IMG/VR virus record: IMGVR_UViG_3300037424_000186
Location: 1 to 49,369 of that record
Strand: one strand, 5' to 3'
From: a virus
Lineage: Duplodnaviria; Caudoviricetes
DNA: 49,369 nt
A program made the position numbers and the translations under genes. Of the stretch, positions 9,925-19,811 are shown piece by piece; within the stretch, counting starts at the first letter, position 1, and each line of letters starts with the position of its first letter. The notes below the pieces were generated by a model. It was not told where the DNA came from. It worked only from the letters and a program-made list of their open reading frames with translations, and did not search any database.

Positions 9925-10868
9925 TGGTCAGGGACAAACTGGATGGACACCAGTTCACGCTCGGCCCAGTCAATTTCTCCCAGGTATTGCGTGGCCTTGG
10001 CCTGCAGCCGGACAAGTTTCGTTTCCGGCGCGTCGTACTCTACAGCAAGGTTAGCCGCCAGATTCCACACGATCGCTTCAATGCACTCCTGCGGCAGATC
10101 GGCATCATCCCCGGCCGCATTGAAGTCCTGGATAGGACGGGCGACGGTAACCTTAAGCGCGTCCTCGACCGCGGAGGACGGCTGCCAGATGTAGAGATAG
10201 CCGGACGAATTCGCCCCGCCCCTACGGTCGTAATAGAAGCCGTTTACAGCGCCCGTAGACGTCTTGCTCGGCAGTTCCTGATATTCGATGCGATCGAACT
10301 CATCGACCGGCGTTTCAATACCGCTGGCGAAATTGTATGACCGGGCCGAGATGATTTTCAATGGACGGACGAGTTTGGTTTGATAGACATAAACCCGAGA
10401 TCCGGCAGCCGCGGAATCATCCAGCGCGGTCGTAAGGGTTACCGTCGTTCCTGACGGGGCGCCGTTGACCGTTGTCCAGTGAATTGTGCCGTCATCGACC
10501 TGAACGCCAATGTAATAGGTCGTCGCAATTCCCGTTGCCGACGTGACGCTGATGGTTGAGGCGCCATCCGCCGCCGCGGCCGATAGCGTCGTCTCGGTAA
10601 AACTCTCGGTCGCATGGTCCGTTGACGTGGACGACAGTTCGTAACGAACCTGGTTGGCTTGCAGGAATATCGTCGCCTCGGTCGTGCGCCAGATATGGAT
10701 TCCGATGGCCTGCCAGTGCTTCACCATCGCGTTCAGCGCTTCAGCGGCGTCCGTGATGGTCTGGCTGTCCGGCGTATCACCGCTGCCAATAGCCCCGCAC
10801 AGCCGCAGGGCTCTTGTTAGCAGTTGGTCGCGATTTCTGCTGAAGACGTAGGTGCCGCTGGTTGCCAT
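9921..10868 (-). CDS. Head-tail adaptor (P22 gp4-like) with inserted beta domain
   Basis: RALRLCGAI...AAEALNAMVKHW N-terminus; LPQECIEAIVWNLA C-terminus. Confidence 0.7.
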   Translation of the reverse strand: MATSGTYVFSRNRDQLLTRALRLCGAIGSGDTPDSQTITDAAEALNAMVKHWQAIGIHIWRTTEATIFLQANQVRYELSSTSTDHATESFTETTLSAAAADGASTISVTSATGIATTYYIGVQVDDGTIHWTTVNGAPSGTTVTLTTALDDSAAAGSRVYVYQTKLVRPLKIISARSYNFASGIETPVDEFDRIEYQELPSKTSTGAVNGFYYDRRGGANSSGYLYIWQPSSAVEDALKVTVARPIQDFNAAGDDADLPQECIEAIVWNLAANLAVEYDAPETKLVRLQAKATQYLGEIDWAERELVSIQFVPDQ

Positions 10869-10874
10869 GATGTC

Positions 10875-11324
10875 CTAGAGGCTCGGCGCCGAGACGGCCG
10901 AATAGTTGACGACAACCGCGCCGATATCCGCAGCCCCGCCAATTCCAGCGGTTAGCTCAATACTGGTCGCGCTTGGGATAGTTAGAATGACGTGGCGCTC
11001 CACGCTGCCATTGATGGTGATGCCGATCTGATCTGTAGTTTGGAACCGAACCGACGAGCCCACATTGATGGTAGTCGCCCCAGCCGAAGCCGCGGCGCTG
11101 ATATTGGTTTGCAGCGGACCCAGGAACGTATCCACACCATCGGGACGCGGGTCAGGAACGTTCTGCCTATCCCGGCGGCCTCTCACGAAATCCTGCGGAT
11201 GCCGCGGCTCCCAATCCTCTGAGCAAGTTATCAGGCCATCCCATCGCTTGAACGTTTGCGATGAGCGGTAACGAAATCCGCACACGTCACAGATGCGCCA
11301 GAAGTCTCCGGGAACATATGTCAC
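10875..11324 (-). CDS. Virion-associated protein with CxxC knuckle
   Basis: ICDVCGFRY...WDGL..C..DWEPRHPQ, followed by a beta-rich domain. Confidence 0.6.
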   Translation of the reverse strand: MTYVPGDFWRICDVCGFRYRSSQTFKRWDGLITCSEDWEPRHPQDFVRGRRDRQNVPDPRPDGVDTFLGPLQTNISAAASAGATTINVGSSVRFQTTDQIGITINGSVERHVILTIPSATSIELTAGIGGAADIGAVVVNYSAVSAPSL

Positions 11325-11620
11325 AGCCGGCCCCTCCAGTATCCTTGCCCGCTGATGTAGAGCGGCTTTCGCTGTGACGTGACGGCCCAGGATGGGTTGC
11401 CGCTCACGATGTATGAGGCGACCGAGGCCGGCATGATGATCTTGAACGTTGCTGCAATCCCCGTGAGAGCAAAGTCCCCCACGCTGGAGTGCTGAGAAAC
11501 CATGAACGTCGCTGCGTTCCCGGTAAGCGTGTAGGCAGCAGCCGAGGCTGTGAGGACTGTGGTTGATGCCGCCGTGACCTGACCGAGCGCAAAGCGTCCC
11601 GTCGCGTCAAACCCGAGCAT
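11321..11620 (-). CDS. Hypothetical structural protein
   Basis: 99 aa; MLGF...G.FALG start; overlapping start/stop codons with neighbours. Confidence 0.55.
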   Translation of the reverse strand: MLGFDATGRFALGQVTAASTTVLTASAAAYTLTGNAATFMVSQHSSVGDFALTGIAATFKIIMPASVASYIVSGNPSWAVTSQRKPLYISGQGYWRGRL

Positions 11621-12039
11621 CAGGTGATTGTCAGCACGCCGGCTGTCGGATCGAAATCAACGAGGAAGCTATTCCCGCTGGTGATCGTCAGCTCGGTTCC
11701 GTAATCGTACCAGCCTATCAATTCGTCGTTGGTGGCTGTGTCGTTGTAGAGCGCGGCGTATCGAAACGGACCGATCGATCCGCCGGAAGCGGTGAACAGC
11801 ACATCGGCAAGAACCAGCTTGTAGGTTCCCGACGTCTGTGCAGAAGACGATTGAACTGCCTGCGTCCCGCCTGTCGTGTAGCCGTTGCCATTGGCGATCT
11901 GCGTGATATTCGCCAGAACGGTATTGGTGGCAACCGGCGCCGAGTTCGTCAGTACGACCTTCAGCGTATCCGAGCCGAGATTGTGCACCTTCTCGGCGAC
12001 GTTCTCGACAAACGAATTGATTTTGTTGAAGGTCGCCAC
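11620..12039 (-). CDS. Conserved phage structural protein
   Basis: GTG start; DTLKVVLTN...NGYTTGG...GPFRYAALYNDT motif. Confidence 0.65.
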   Translation of the reverse strand: MATFNKINSFVENVAEKVHNLGSDTLKVVLTNSAPVATNTVLANITQIANGNGYTTGGTQAVQSSSAQTSGTYKLVLADVLFTASGGSIGPFRYAALYNDTATNDELIGWYDYGTELTITSGNSFLVDFDPTAGVLTIT

Positions 12040-12042
12040 GCG

Positions 12043-12438
12043 CTACGCCTTCGGACGAAGGTGCAGGGTGATGTCGTAAGTGGAACCAGACGCACCGCCG
12101 ACCGTGGTCAGGAGGATATCTCCCGTTCCACCGGCCGAACGAGGATCGACGTTGCCGCCATAGGCGCCCCAATCGATAACGCCTGCACCCGTTCCAAGGA
12201 CTGCGATCTCGTCATCCGTGGTATGATCCCAGAACAGACGGACAGAGGTGAACCCCTGCACGTTGTACTCAATCAAATCGATCGTTGTTGCGGTCGGGGT
12301 GAACGGAAATCCTGTCAAAGCCGAGATGTCTACTTTGACAACCGCGCTTTCGCCCGTCCCGTCCGAAACGTTGGTCATGTGGACCGTGTACCGGCGCTTG
12401 CCGGAATACACGACCTTTACGTCTACCGTGTCTGCCAT
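12043..12438 (-). CDS. Hypothetical structural protein
   Basis: 131 aa; GGAG RBS; lies in the head-tail operon. Confidence 0.6.
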   Translation of the reverse strand: MADTVDVKVVYSGKRRYTVHMTNVSDGTGESAVVKVDISALTGFPFTPTATTIDLIEYNVQGFTSVRLFWDHTTDDEIAVLGTGAGVIDWGAYGGNVDPRSAGGTGDILLTTVGGASGSTYDITLHLRPKA

Positions 12439-12449
12439 CTATGTCTCCA

Positions 12450-12476
12450 GAAAATGGGCGGCCATGCCGGCCGCCC
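12450..12476 (-). terminator. GC hairpin, probable terminator
   Basis: GGGCGGCC-ATGCC-GGCCGCCC with an adjacent A-run. Confidence 0.5.
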
Positions 12477-12489
12477 GAGTTGATGGCTA

Positions 12490-13467
12490 TTACGCGTCGG
12501 TTGCGATGGCCGGCAGGACGAAGCCAGACAGCAGCGAAGTCTCGCCGGTATAGAGATTATCAAACATGCCGTACTGCACTGCGGTTGCCGTCACCAGGAT
12601 AGCGCCAGCTACGTCCAGTGCACGGATACGGTTATGCGCGATGATCCCCGATCCAGTCGTGGCCGTGGTCAGGACCAGAATGGCTCCCGTCGCCGTGTCG
12701 GTATTGACCGAATAAACCAGATTCCCGATCACTTCCGCGTCGGTCATGACCAGCGCCGCATGGTTGACCAGCGCCGCCACGTTATTCGAGGCCACGGTGT
12801 GGATTGACTTGTTGTAGTTGACCTTCAGCCGGCTCATGGTGCCGGCAATGACGAGATCAGGACCCGGAGAGGTAGTGGCGTCCGACTTGCGCCTGTTATT
12901 GGTGTAGGTCAGACCGTCCGCGTTGACCGAAACCGTCGTGGTTACGATCGACAGAAAACCAAGGGTAGCGCTGGTGTCGCTGAAGTCGCAACCGTCAATC
13001 ACGAAGTCCGCCGCCGCCGCTAGCGTGAAGCACGAAGCGATCGACAGGAAATTGCCGACAAACTTGCAGTTGCTCACCGACATATTGTCGGCGGTAACCG
13101 GGATCGTCGCCGTGTTGGCCGTGGTGAATGTAAACGTCGGCCGCTTCGAACCCGTACCGAGGCCGATGATTGAAACGCCGGCAACGTCGAAGTTGAGCGA
13201 GGTCGCAGAGGTCACGGATTCGGCATGGCCCGGCTTGATGAAGATGATATCGCCGCGGTTCGCGGTGCACTGGCTAAGGGCGTATTCCAGCGTTCCGAAC
13301 GGAGCGTCAAAGGTGCCCTTGTTGCCATCCGACCCGCCGCGCTGGCCGGTCAGGGTCGTAGAGGCGTTGGATACCCAGAATACGCGACCGGGATTGGTCT
13401 GAAAGAGCGGAACATTGCGGAGGGTAAGTCCGCCAGCGAACCCGTTCGTATAGTTTGCAGCAGGCAT
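12490..13467 (-). CDS. Head fibre/decoration protein with right-handed beta-helix
   Basis: GSDGNKGTFDAPFGTL..A...C.ANRGDIIFIKPGHAE is a typical beta-helix N-cap; directly after the MCP. Confidence 0.65.
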   Translation of the reverse strand: MPAANYTNGFAGGLTLRNVPLFQTNPGRVFWVSNASTTLTGQRGGSDGNKGTFDAPFGTLEYALSQCTANRGDIIFIKPGHAESVTSATSLNFDVAGVSIIGLGTGSKRPTFTFTTANTATIPVTADNMSVSNCKFVGNFLSIASCFTLAAAADFVIDGCDFSDTSATLGFLSIVTTTVSVNADGLTYTNNRRKSDATTSPGPDLVIAGTMSRLKVNYNKSIHTVASNNVAALVNHAALVMTDAEVIGNLVYSVNTDTATGAILVLTTATTGSGIIAHNRIRALDVAGAILVTATAVQYGMFDNLYTGETSLLSGFVLPAIATDA

Positions 13468-13528
13468 GGAAAGTCTCCCAATCGACCCGTCAGGGCCTTG
13501 GTTAAAGGATTCCGATGGTGAGAGTGGA

Positions 13529-13554
13529 AAGAGCGGGGCCTAAACCCCGCTCTT
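13529..13554 (-). terminator. Terminator after major capsid gene
   Basis: AAGAGCGGGG-CCTAAA-CCCCGCTCTT, a perfect 10-bp stem. Confidence 0.7.
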
Positions 13555-13562
13555 GATAGTCG

Positions 13563-14462
13563 TCAGGCGCCAACTGACCCATACAGGCCGTGTGCATCCG
13601 ACCAGCCGACCGAAAACCGCATGGTCGCCTTGGCCTTCGCGTTGGCAGTGTCGAAGTCGTTGTCCTGCGTAAACGACAGCGCGCGCCGGTCAAACATGGT
13701 CATGCCGTTCGGCGCATCGGTCTTCATGAACCACGCATCGGAGTCCGTCAGGTAGTGGTTGACCGAATAGTCAAACATTCCCTTCAGGGCATTGATGTCG
13801 TTGTTCGGGGTTCCCGACTGCAGTTCCGACTTCAGGATACGCTTCGCGTCGAACTGAAGATTGACCGGGATGATCAACTTCGTGGGGCGAAGCGCGATCT
13901 GCAAGCCGCGATCGTTGGTGGCCTGGCCGATCTGGATCACCATGTCCTCAAGCGCTGCTTCCGAAAGGTCCGCCGCGGTCGAGAGCGTGTTGCTCCAGTT
14001 GCCGTTGGTCGAGGTATGCGCCGTCGAGAGCAGCACCACGCCGTCACCGCCGTTATAGCCGGAGGTAGTGGCACGGTTGAGCACGTTCGCGGAGACTATC
14101 TCCTTGGTCTGGCGCATGGAAAACGCCAGACGCTTGATGCGCCGCCTCGAAACGATCTCGTACTGGTTATCCTCCAGCTCTTCCTCGGTCACGACGTAGC
14201 CAAGGCCGTACACGACATGCGTATAGCGCTTGGTGAAGCCCTGGGTTTCGGAATCGTAGGAGATTGCGCCGCCCTCGGTCTTGGTCGGGGCGAGCCCAAA
14301 CCCGGTGAGGGCGGTGTCTTCCTCGTAGTTCTTGGACGATTTCTCGACCATGAAGATTTCGCGGAATTCCTCGGGAAACTCCTTGTAGGAGGCGCCGAAG
14401 AACGCGTGCATCCCAGGCCATAGGGCTTTCGGATGGTTGCCGGTGGTGATTACGCCTGCCAT
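13563..14462 (-). CDS. Major capsid protein (Mu gpT-like family)
   Basis: 299 aa; KALWPG, GFGLAP.K.EG, GGDGV.L.S.AH and NHYLTD.DAWF motifs; strong GGAGG RBS. Confidence 0.85.
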   Translation of the reverse strand: MAGVITTGNHPKALWPGMHAFFGASYKEFPEEFREIFMVEKSSKNYEEDTALTGFGLAPTKTEGGAISYDSETQGFTKRYTHVVYGLGYVVTEEELEDNQYEIVSRRRIKRLAFSMRQTKEIVSANVLNRATTSGYNGGDGVVLLSTAHTSTNGNWSNTLSTAADLSEAALEDMVIQIGQATNDRGLQIALRPTKLIIPVNLQFDAKRILKSELQSGTPNNDINALKGMFDYSVNHYLTDSDAWFMKTDAPNGMTMFDRRALSFTQDNDFDTANAKAKATMRFSVGWSDAHGLYGSVGA

Positions 14463-14476
14463 TGTCTGGGTCCTCC

Positions 14477-15088
14477 CTAGATGGCGTTCGCACGACCGAC
14501 ATCAGCGATGCTGGCCAGCGTGTGGTTGTTGATGAGGACTTCAACGACAGCGTAAGCACCAATCTCACCGTTCTTGGGCTTCTTGGAGAAGCCCATGAGC
14601 TTGAGCTGGAATGCGGCAGTTGTGGTTGGGGCGACAGAGGTATCGAGCGTCCAGTCAGAACGCAGGGTGGTGGTGGTGCCGGCGGCTAGAACGGCGAACA
14701 AGCCAATATCAACGGCTGCCAAGGCAGTACCGCCGGCATCGGCCTGGACTTCGAAGATCAGGTCATGCCCGCGAGCGACTTGGATAATGCGGTCGGTCGA
14801 GTCTTCGCGATAGACGAGGGAATCGCGGGTGACGGGAACGACAGCAACGCAAACGCCGGTGATCGGATCGCCAGAACCTGGCAGTGCGATGGTGCAGGTC
14901 TGCATGGTTCCGGGCGCGCGGCCCTGAATTTCAGCAGTGTTGGTGGTGCCGGATTCGACGATCGGATCGCCGGGACGAATTACGCCCGTCGCGCCAGTCG
15001 CAAAGTACTCCTCGATGGCACCATTATAGGGGCGACCGTCCACATAGCGGACCGGACGCAGCCCAAATGGACTGTTCGTGTTGGCCAA
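14477..15088 (-). CDS. Capsid cement/decoration protein
   Basis: MANTNSPFGLRPVR...V.INNH; directly upstream of the MCP. Confidence 0.65.
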   Translation of the reverse strand: MANTNSPFGLRPVRYVDGRPYNGAIEEYFATGATGVIRPGDPIVESGTTNTAEIQGRAPGTMQTCTIALPGSGDPITGVCVAVVPVTRDSLVYREDSTDRIIQVARGHDLIFEVQADAGGTALAAVDIGLFAVLAAGTTTTLRSDWTLDTSVAPTTTAAFQLKLMGFSKKPKNGEIGAYAVVEVLINNHTLASIADVGRANAI

Positions 15089-15129
15089 TTTGGCCTCCTA
15101 GGATGAAAGTGGATTGATGGGGTGTGTGG

Positions 15130-15606
15130 CTATCGGCCGATGGTGTTTTTGCCACCGGGCACGTAAGCCTCCGATCCGGAAATTCCTTCGGAGCTTGGCG
15201 CTGCACCGCGACGTAGGGCCTTTTCAATCTCGTCAACGGGCTTCTGCTTCTCCAGTCGATCTGCATCAAAGTATTTTCGCGGCTTCCTCAGAAGCACGGC
15301 GCTGTCGCCGGTCGCCTTGTCAACGGCTCTCTTCATCACGCTGCCCTCAGAGGCGGCTGTGAGCTGATCGGGGCGGTCCGTTGATACAACGTCCCAATCA
15401 TCTTGAACGGTCATTTGGTGAAGCCGGCCGGGCTTGTCGTTGGCCCAGCGATAGGCAAAATTGGCCTCGTCCTTCATGTCCTGCGGAACATGGAGTTTCA
15501 GGCCGGCGGCGGTTGCGGAATCGGCGCGGCGCCGGCGCTCGGTTTTGACTTCCTCGGTGCGAGGAGGACGGCCCGGGCCGCGCTTGATTTCCATGGTGTC
15601 GCTCAT
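15130..15606 (-). CDS. Conserved head-module protein
   Basis: YRWAND.PGR motif; conserved position between scaffold and MCP. Confidence 0.6.
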   Translation of the reverse strand: MSDTMEIKRGPGRPPRTEEVKTERRRRADSATAAGLKLHVPQDMKDEANFAYRWANDKPGRLHQMTVQDDWDVVSTDRPDQLTAASEGSVMKRAVDKATGDSAVLLRKPRKYFDADRLEKQKPVDEIEKALRRGAAPSSEGISGSEAYVPGGKNTIGR

Positions 15607-16535
15607 GCCTGATCTCCGAGATAATCGGCCGCGTACCGTTCGCGCGCCTTGGCCAAATCCTTTACGGGGTCTTCTCCCTTTTCCAGGAACAGACCGTCTT
15701 CCTTGATGAACTTGTCGGCCTGCGCCTTGGCATCAGCGGGGAGCTTTGCGAACCTTGACCCGCCACCTCCGCCAGCCACGCGAGAGCCACCCTCCACGCG
15801 AGAGCCACGCGCCGGCTTTTCATCGTCGTCTTCGTCATCGTCGGCCTTGAATTTCTCCGGATAGCGCTTGGCGACGTATTTCCGTGTTTCCTCAAGATTT
15901 TCCGCCAGCGTCAGGCCCGGTTTGTCCTTTAGAAGCTTGCCGTGATAGCTGTTGGCAACCACCTGCATTTCCGGATCGGTCGAGTACCAATGGTTTTCTC
16001 CGATCCAGTGCCCGATGGTGTCCTGCACATCCTTTGGCAGCGCCGCGTTAACGTCCTTCTTGCCCTTCTCGGTCTTTTCCTCGGCGACTTCCTCGGCCGC
16101 GGCGTCGAATTCCTTGAGGTCTTTGCGCTCGGCGTCGCGGAGCTTGCGGACCGCTTCCTTGTCGCCCACCTCTGTTGCGGCATCGATCGCCGCGGAATAC
16201 TTGTCTTCAAGCTGTGCCCGCTGGCGGTCTAAAGCGACCTTCGTCATGCGGGACATGTTCTCGATGGTCTTTGCTGTGCCTTCCTTGAAGGTCTTTAGGT
16301 CAGCCTTGGCCTCGGCCAGCTCGTCCTTGAGCTTCTTGTTTTCTGACCGCATGATCGGAATGACGGTCTCGGCCCGCTCCAGGTACTGCTTGGCCTTGAC
16401 GAAGCCGTTCTTGGGCGGGCTGCCCTTCCATTCAGAGGGGTCTTTCCAGCCGATTTTCTTGGCGTTCTCGATGTCTTCCGGCGGACTGTCGTCTACGAAT
16501 GCCTCTAGCGGGGATTCGGTATCTGTGTCGCTCAT
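15603..16535 (-). CDS. Scaffolding protein
   Basis: 310 aa charged coiled coil; AKKIGWK and W..EN.WY motifs. Confidence 0.7.
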   Translation of the reverse strand: MSDTDTESPLEAFVDDSPPEDIENAKKIGWKDPSEWKGSPPKNGFVKAKQYLERAETVIPIMRSENKKLKDELAEAKADLKTFKEGTAKTIENMSRMTKVALDRQRAQLEDKYSAAIDAATEVGDKEAVRKLRDAERKDLKEFDAAAEEVAEEKTEKGKKDVNAALPKDVQDTIGHWIGENHWYSTDPEMQVVANSYHGKLLKDKPGLTLAENLEETRKYVAKRYPEKFKADDDEDDDEKPARGSRVEGGSRVAGGGGGSRFAKLPADAKAQADKFIKEDGLFLEKGEDPVKDLAKARERYAADYLGDQA

Positions 16536-16693
16536 GCTTTTTCCTTCAACTTGCTGCGCTGGTAAGCCCGTGACGCAGCCAAAATCTCATCCAGTCTGAT
16601 CAAAACCATCACGATGCCATCACCCTGCGGTTCTGTTTGGTGGGCTCGCTTGACGATTTCTGTTGAGAGAGTTGTTCTCATGTCCACCTCAAT

Positions 16694-16716
16694 AAAAAAC
16701 CCGCCGAAGTGGCGGG
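16694..16716 (-). terminator. Intrinsic terminator
   Basis: AAAAAA CCCGCC GAAGT GGCGGG. Confidence 0.65.
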
Positions 16717-16742
16717 CGGGTCAGATCGAATTGTCGGATCGG

Positions 16743-17000
16743 TTATTCGGGAAACTTGCCCCTCCGGATTGAGCCGGCATAAATCGCCGTACCAGCTCCC
16801 GTGCCATCAGGCAGATCAGCCGCATTCACGAATGCGCCATGCTCGTTTTTGGACACCGCGACCGGACGGCCTCTACTGCCCCATGGCACACGAATGTATC
16901 CAACCTCGTTGTCAGCAATAAACACATCATACGCCGTATCTTCCGGTGTAGATGGGAAGGCAGTATCCAGCGCCTTCTGAGCCCGTTCCTTGATTGTCAT
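16743..17000 (-). CDS. Hypothetical protein
   Basis: 85 aa; ATGA overlap with groES. Confidence 0.55.
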   Translation of the reverse strand: MTIKERAQKALDTAFPSTPEDTAYDVFIADNEVGYIRVPWGSRGRPVAVSKNEHGAFVNAADLPDGTGAGTAIYAGSIRRGKFPE

Positions 17001-17320
17001 GCCAGCACCGCCGAGATGTCCTTGTCGCTGATGATGCGATAATCCGCACCGTCCTTGCCCTTTACAGCGGCGCCAGCATACCTCGCAAACATCACCTTGT
17101 CACCGGGCTTTGGCTTCGCGTAATCGCCCCAGTCTACCTTGTCGGCGTAGGTGAAGGCTAGCGGGGAGACGGCTATCAATGTACCCTGCATCTGGGCAAA
17201 CTGATCGCGCTCCTTGGTCTCGTCAGGGAGGATAATGCCGCCCTTTGTCTTCTCGTCAACCTTGATTGGCTGCACGAGTGCCTTGTATTCCGTCGGGTAG
17301 ATTCCGCTGTTGTTCGTCAT
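16997..17320 (-). CDS. groES: GroES-like co-chaperonin
   Basis: EKTKGGIILPD mobile loop; KPGDKVMFARYAG; YRIISDKDI.AVL. Confidence 0.85.
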   Translation of the reverse strand: MTNNSGIYPTEYKALVQPIKVDEKTKGGIILPDETKERDQFAQMQGTLIAVSPLAFTYADKVDWGDYAKPKPGDKVMFARYAGAAVKGKDGADYRIISDKDISAVLA

Positions 17321-17537
17321 CGTCGCTCACATCCTCATATTTCAGTTCGCTCAGGTCTTTCGCGGCTTCTGCCCGCGCCTTCAGGTCGATCAATACCTGT
17401 GGGTTGCAGTTGCCCGCGCCCCAGGATTCATCAATCCATTTCTGCTTGTTGGCTTCAGCCAGTTCCCCGACACGCTTCATGACGTGTTCGGTGACCGGAT
17501 TGGCAAGCCATTCCTCAAACATTTCGCGGTCGATCAT
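17256..17537 (-). CDS. Hypothetical protein
   Basis: F.EW..NPVT motif typical of the gene after the portal. Confidence 0.6.
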   Translation of the reverse strand: MIDREMFEEWLANPVTEHVMKRVGELAEANKQKWIDESWGAGNCNPQVLIDLKARAEAAKDLSELKYEDVSDDDEQQRNLPDGIQGTRAANQG

Positions 17538-19597
17538 ACGGTAGAGGCTTCCTTGTCAGCCATCTTGACCCGCATTTCCTCGCGGTCCTTGTCTCGATGC
17601 GCGTCTTCCATGTCCTGCCGCTGGGCTTCCATCAACCGATCGGCCGGCGCCATCTGCGCGTCCATCATGGTCTTCTGGGCATCCGACAGGGTTTTCGTCA
17701 CATCAGCATCTGCCTGTCGTGGCAACAGCGCCGTTTCAGCCGTCGTCTTATCGGCCTGCGCCGCAGCCTGTGACGCGCCCGCCATGTCCTTTGCGGTCTT
17801 GGCCTGCAGCGCTTCCATCTGGAGCTGATCGACCGGGCTCGGGCCCTGCTGCTTCTTGATCAACTTGTCCGGCTCCTCAATGCCCATCGCGTCATAAACG
17901 CGCCGCAGAACTTCCATAGGGTCTTGCAATGGACCAAGCGCCGGGTCTTGCCCGATCTGCATCAGCACCTGTGCCCGCGCGCTCCTCTGCATGTCCGTGA
18001 CCATCTTCGGATCGGCAACTGGGCAGACATCCATCGAGGCCAGATCGTAATCGCTCTTTTGGACTACCTCTTGCTCGTCATTAAAGGTATAGTATTCCTG
18101 CTCATTGATGTGAGCGGCATTGAGTTTGAACAGGAGTTTGAATTCATGCTTCAGGGCGCGATAGATGCGCTTGTAAATGGCTGTGAAGACTTTCAAGCCC
18201 TGTTCAATCATTGCCAGCGTAGTCGTGGCGGTCTGGACCTTGCCGTCAGTATCCCCGGTCAGGATATCTTTGACGGCCGTAATGTCCTTGGCCGCGTCGA
18301 TCATCATGCCCAGCAGGTTGAACAGCACCACGCTCGGCTCTGGGAACTGGTGCGGCAGCACCTGATCCTTCAGACTGCCTGTCGTCTCAACCTGCTCGAA
18401 CCGACCCGGCGAAACCTTGATCTGCCCGCCCTTCTTCAGGCGAATGCCGGTCCCGATGAACCCGCCGCCAGCAATCGCGAGATGCCCGGCGTCCAGCATC
18501 TGGTTGATCGTGGTGTCGATCGTTTCGCCAAGGCTCTCAAGAAGCTGACCAAACCCTATGTCGTAAAACCCGCCCTTCGGATCAGGGATGAACGAATATT
18601 TGACGAAATACTGATCCTTCGGAATGCGAACGATGCGCTTGCCGTTATCCTTGACCTCATCCATGCTGAAATTAGCAACGATGCGGACGACCTGACAGGA
18701 GTCCTTGTGCACCGTGACGATGTACGGCTCCTTGTAGCCATCCTCGTCCAGGTCAATGAAACAATGCTGCTCAAGGAACAGGTGCGGCGCATCCTCGTCA
18801 TTGTCGGCGTCCTGAACCGAGCCCAGGTCCAGATCGAGCCAGATGCCGGAAAGCTTCCGTTCCTCGATGTCCTGCGGATAGACATACACCTCATGGGTGA
18901 CAGCCGGGGCCTCGTCCAATGACCGGCACTTGTCGTTGACGATCAGGTGGATCGCCGGCACCATCTCCGATTTGTTCCGACCCAGCGTCTCCGAACGCCA
19001 TACCTTTCTGAACGCACAGCCCACGATCGGAAGATGATGCAGCAGAACGTCGGTGTCTTCCTCCCATTCCTCCATCTCATTAAGGAGCTGGTATGACATA
19101 TGCTTCGAGACACGATCCGCCTTGGCGCGCTTCTCGCCGGGCTTCTTGATCCACAGCGGCTCACCGCTTAACGGGTCAACCTTTGGATCGCCGTTCTCGT
19201 CCTTAATCGGAACGCCCTGATCGTTGCCAACCACCTGGCCCTTGACGATGCGGGCGCCGTCCACAATGGCTGGATACGCCCTCGCCCCGAATTGCAGTGC
19301 AGCAACGGTCACAAGCGGATACTTGATGTTCGCCGCGCCTTGGAACGGGTAGTTCTTGGGCTGGCGCACCTGAAGCGCTATGTCCATTGCCTTCTTGGAC
19401 GATTCTTCCCAGTCGGAGCGGGATTTCTTGTCGATATCGTACTTGCGCTCTACGTCCTGGGCTATCTTGGAAAGCTTCTCGTCGCCCAATTCCTCGGCGA
19501 TGTTCTGCGAGGTCTCGAACGTCAGCAGCTTGGCAAGCGTCTTCGCAAGGTCTGTCGTCTTCTTGGGCTTTGCGTCAGACGCGGGAGCGTAGAGCAT
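17534..19597 (-). CDS. Portal protein
   Basis: 687 aa; PF.GAANIKYPL, LPIVGCAFRKVW, FYDIGFG, TATTT.A.IEQG.KVF motifs; C-terminal coiled coil. Confidence 0.9.
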   Translation of the reverse strand: MLYAPASDAKPKKTTDLAKTLAKLLTFETSQNIAEELGDEKLSKIAQDVERKYDIDKKSRSDWEESSKKAMDIALQVRQPKNYPFQGAANIKYPLVTVAALQFGARAYPAIVDGARIVKGQVVGNDQGVPIKDENGDPKVDPLSGEPLWIKKPGEKRAKADRVSKHMSYQLLNEMEEWEEDTDVLLHHLPIVGCAFRKVWRSETLGRNKSEMVPAIHLIVNDKCRSLDEAPAVTHEVYVYPQDIEERKLSGIWLDLDLGSVQDADNDEDAPHLFLEQHCFIDLDEDGYKEPYIVTVHKDSCQVVRIVANFSMDEVKDNGKRIVRIPKDQYFVKYSFIPDPKGGFYDIGFGQLLESLGETIDTTINQMLDAGHLAIAGGGFIGTGIRLKKGGQIKVSPGRFEQVETTGSLKDQVLPHQFPEPSVVLFNLLGMMIDAAKDITAVKDILTGDTDGKVQTATTTLAMIEQGLKVFTAIYKRIYRALKHEFKLLFKLNAAHINEQEYYTFNDEQEVVQKSDYDLASMDVCPVADPKMVTDMQRSARAQVLMQIGQDPALGPLQDPMEVLRRVYDAMGIEEPDKLIKKQQGPSPVDQLQMEALQAKTAKDMAGASQAAAQADKTTAETALLPRQADADVTKTLSDAQKTMMDAQMAPADRLMEAQRQDMEDAHRDKDREEMRVKMADKEASTV

Positions 19598-19810
19598 TTA
19601 AAGGCCAAACCCGCTGACGGCCGTCCAGCCATTACTGTCGTATTCGGACAATATATCTTCGATCCCGCACATCTTTATTTTGCTTGGAGCCTCAACCTTC
19701 AGGCCGCTTGGCGCAAATGTGGCATCACCTTCTACCTTCACTGCCATCCATGGCCCATCCCCCCATTTTGCGAGCGCATTACACTCGGAAAGAACCTCCC
19801 GGTTTCCCAT
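19598..19810 (-). CDS. Hypothetical protein
   Basis: Fills the terL-portal gap exactly. Confidence 0.5.
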   Translation of the reverse strand: MGNREVLSECNALAKWGDGPWMAVKVEGDATFAPSGLKVEAPSKIKMCGIEDILSEYDSNGWTAVSGFGL

Positions 19811-19811
19811 C

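Noticed and set aside
17924-18922. 332-aa + strand ORF (also 13590-14423, 26240-27190 and 28548-29363)
   Set aside because: Antisense shadows of real genes in GC-rich DNA, with no recognisable motifs.
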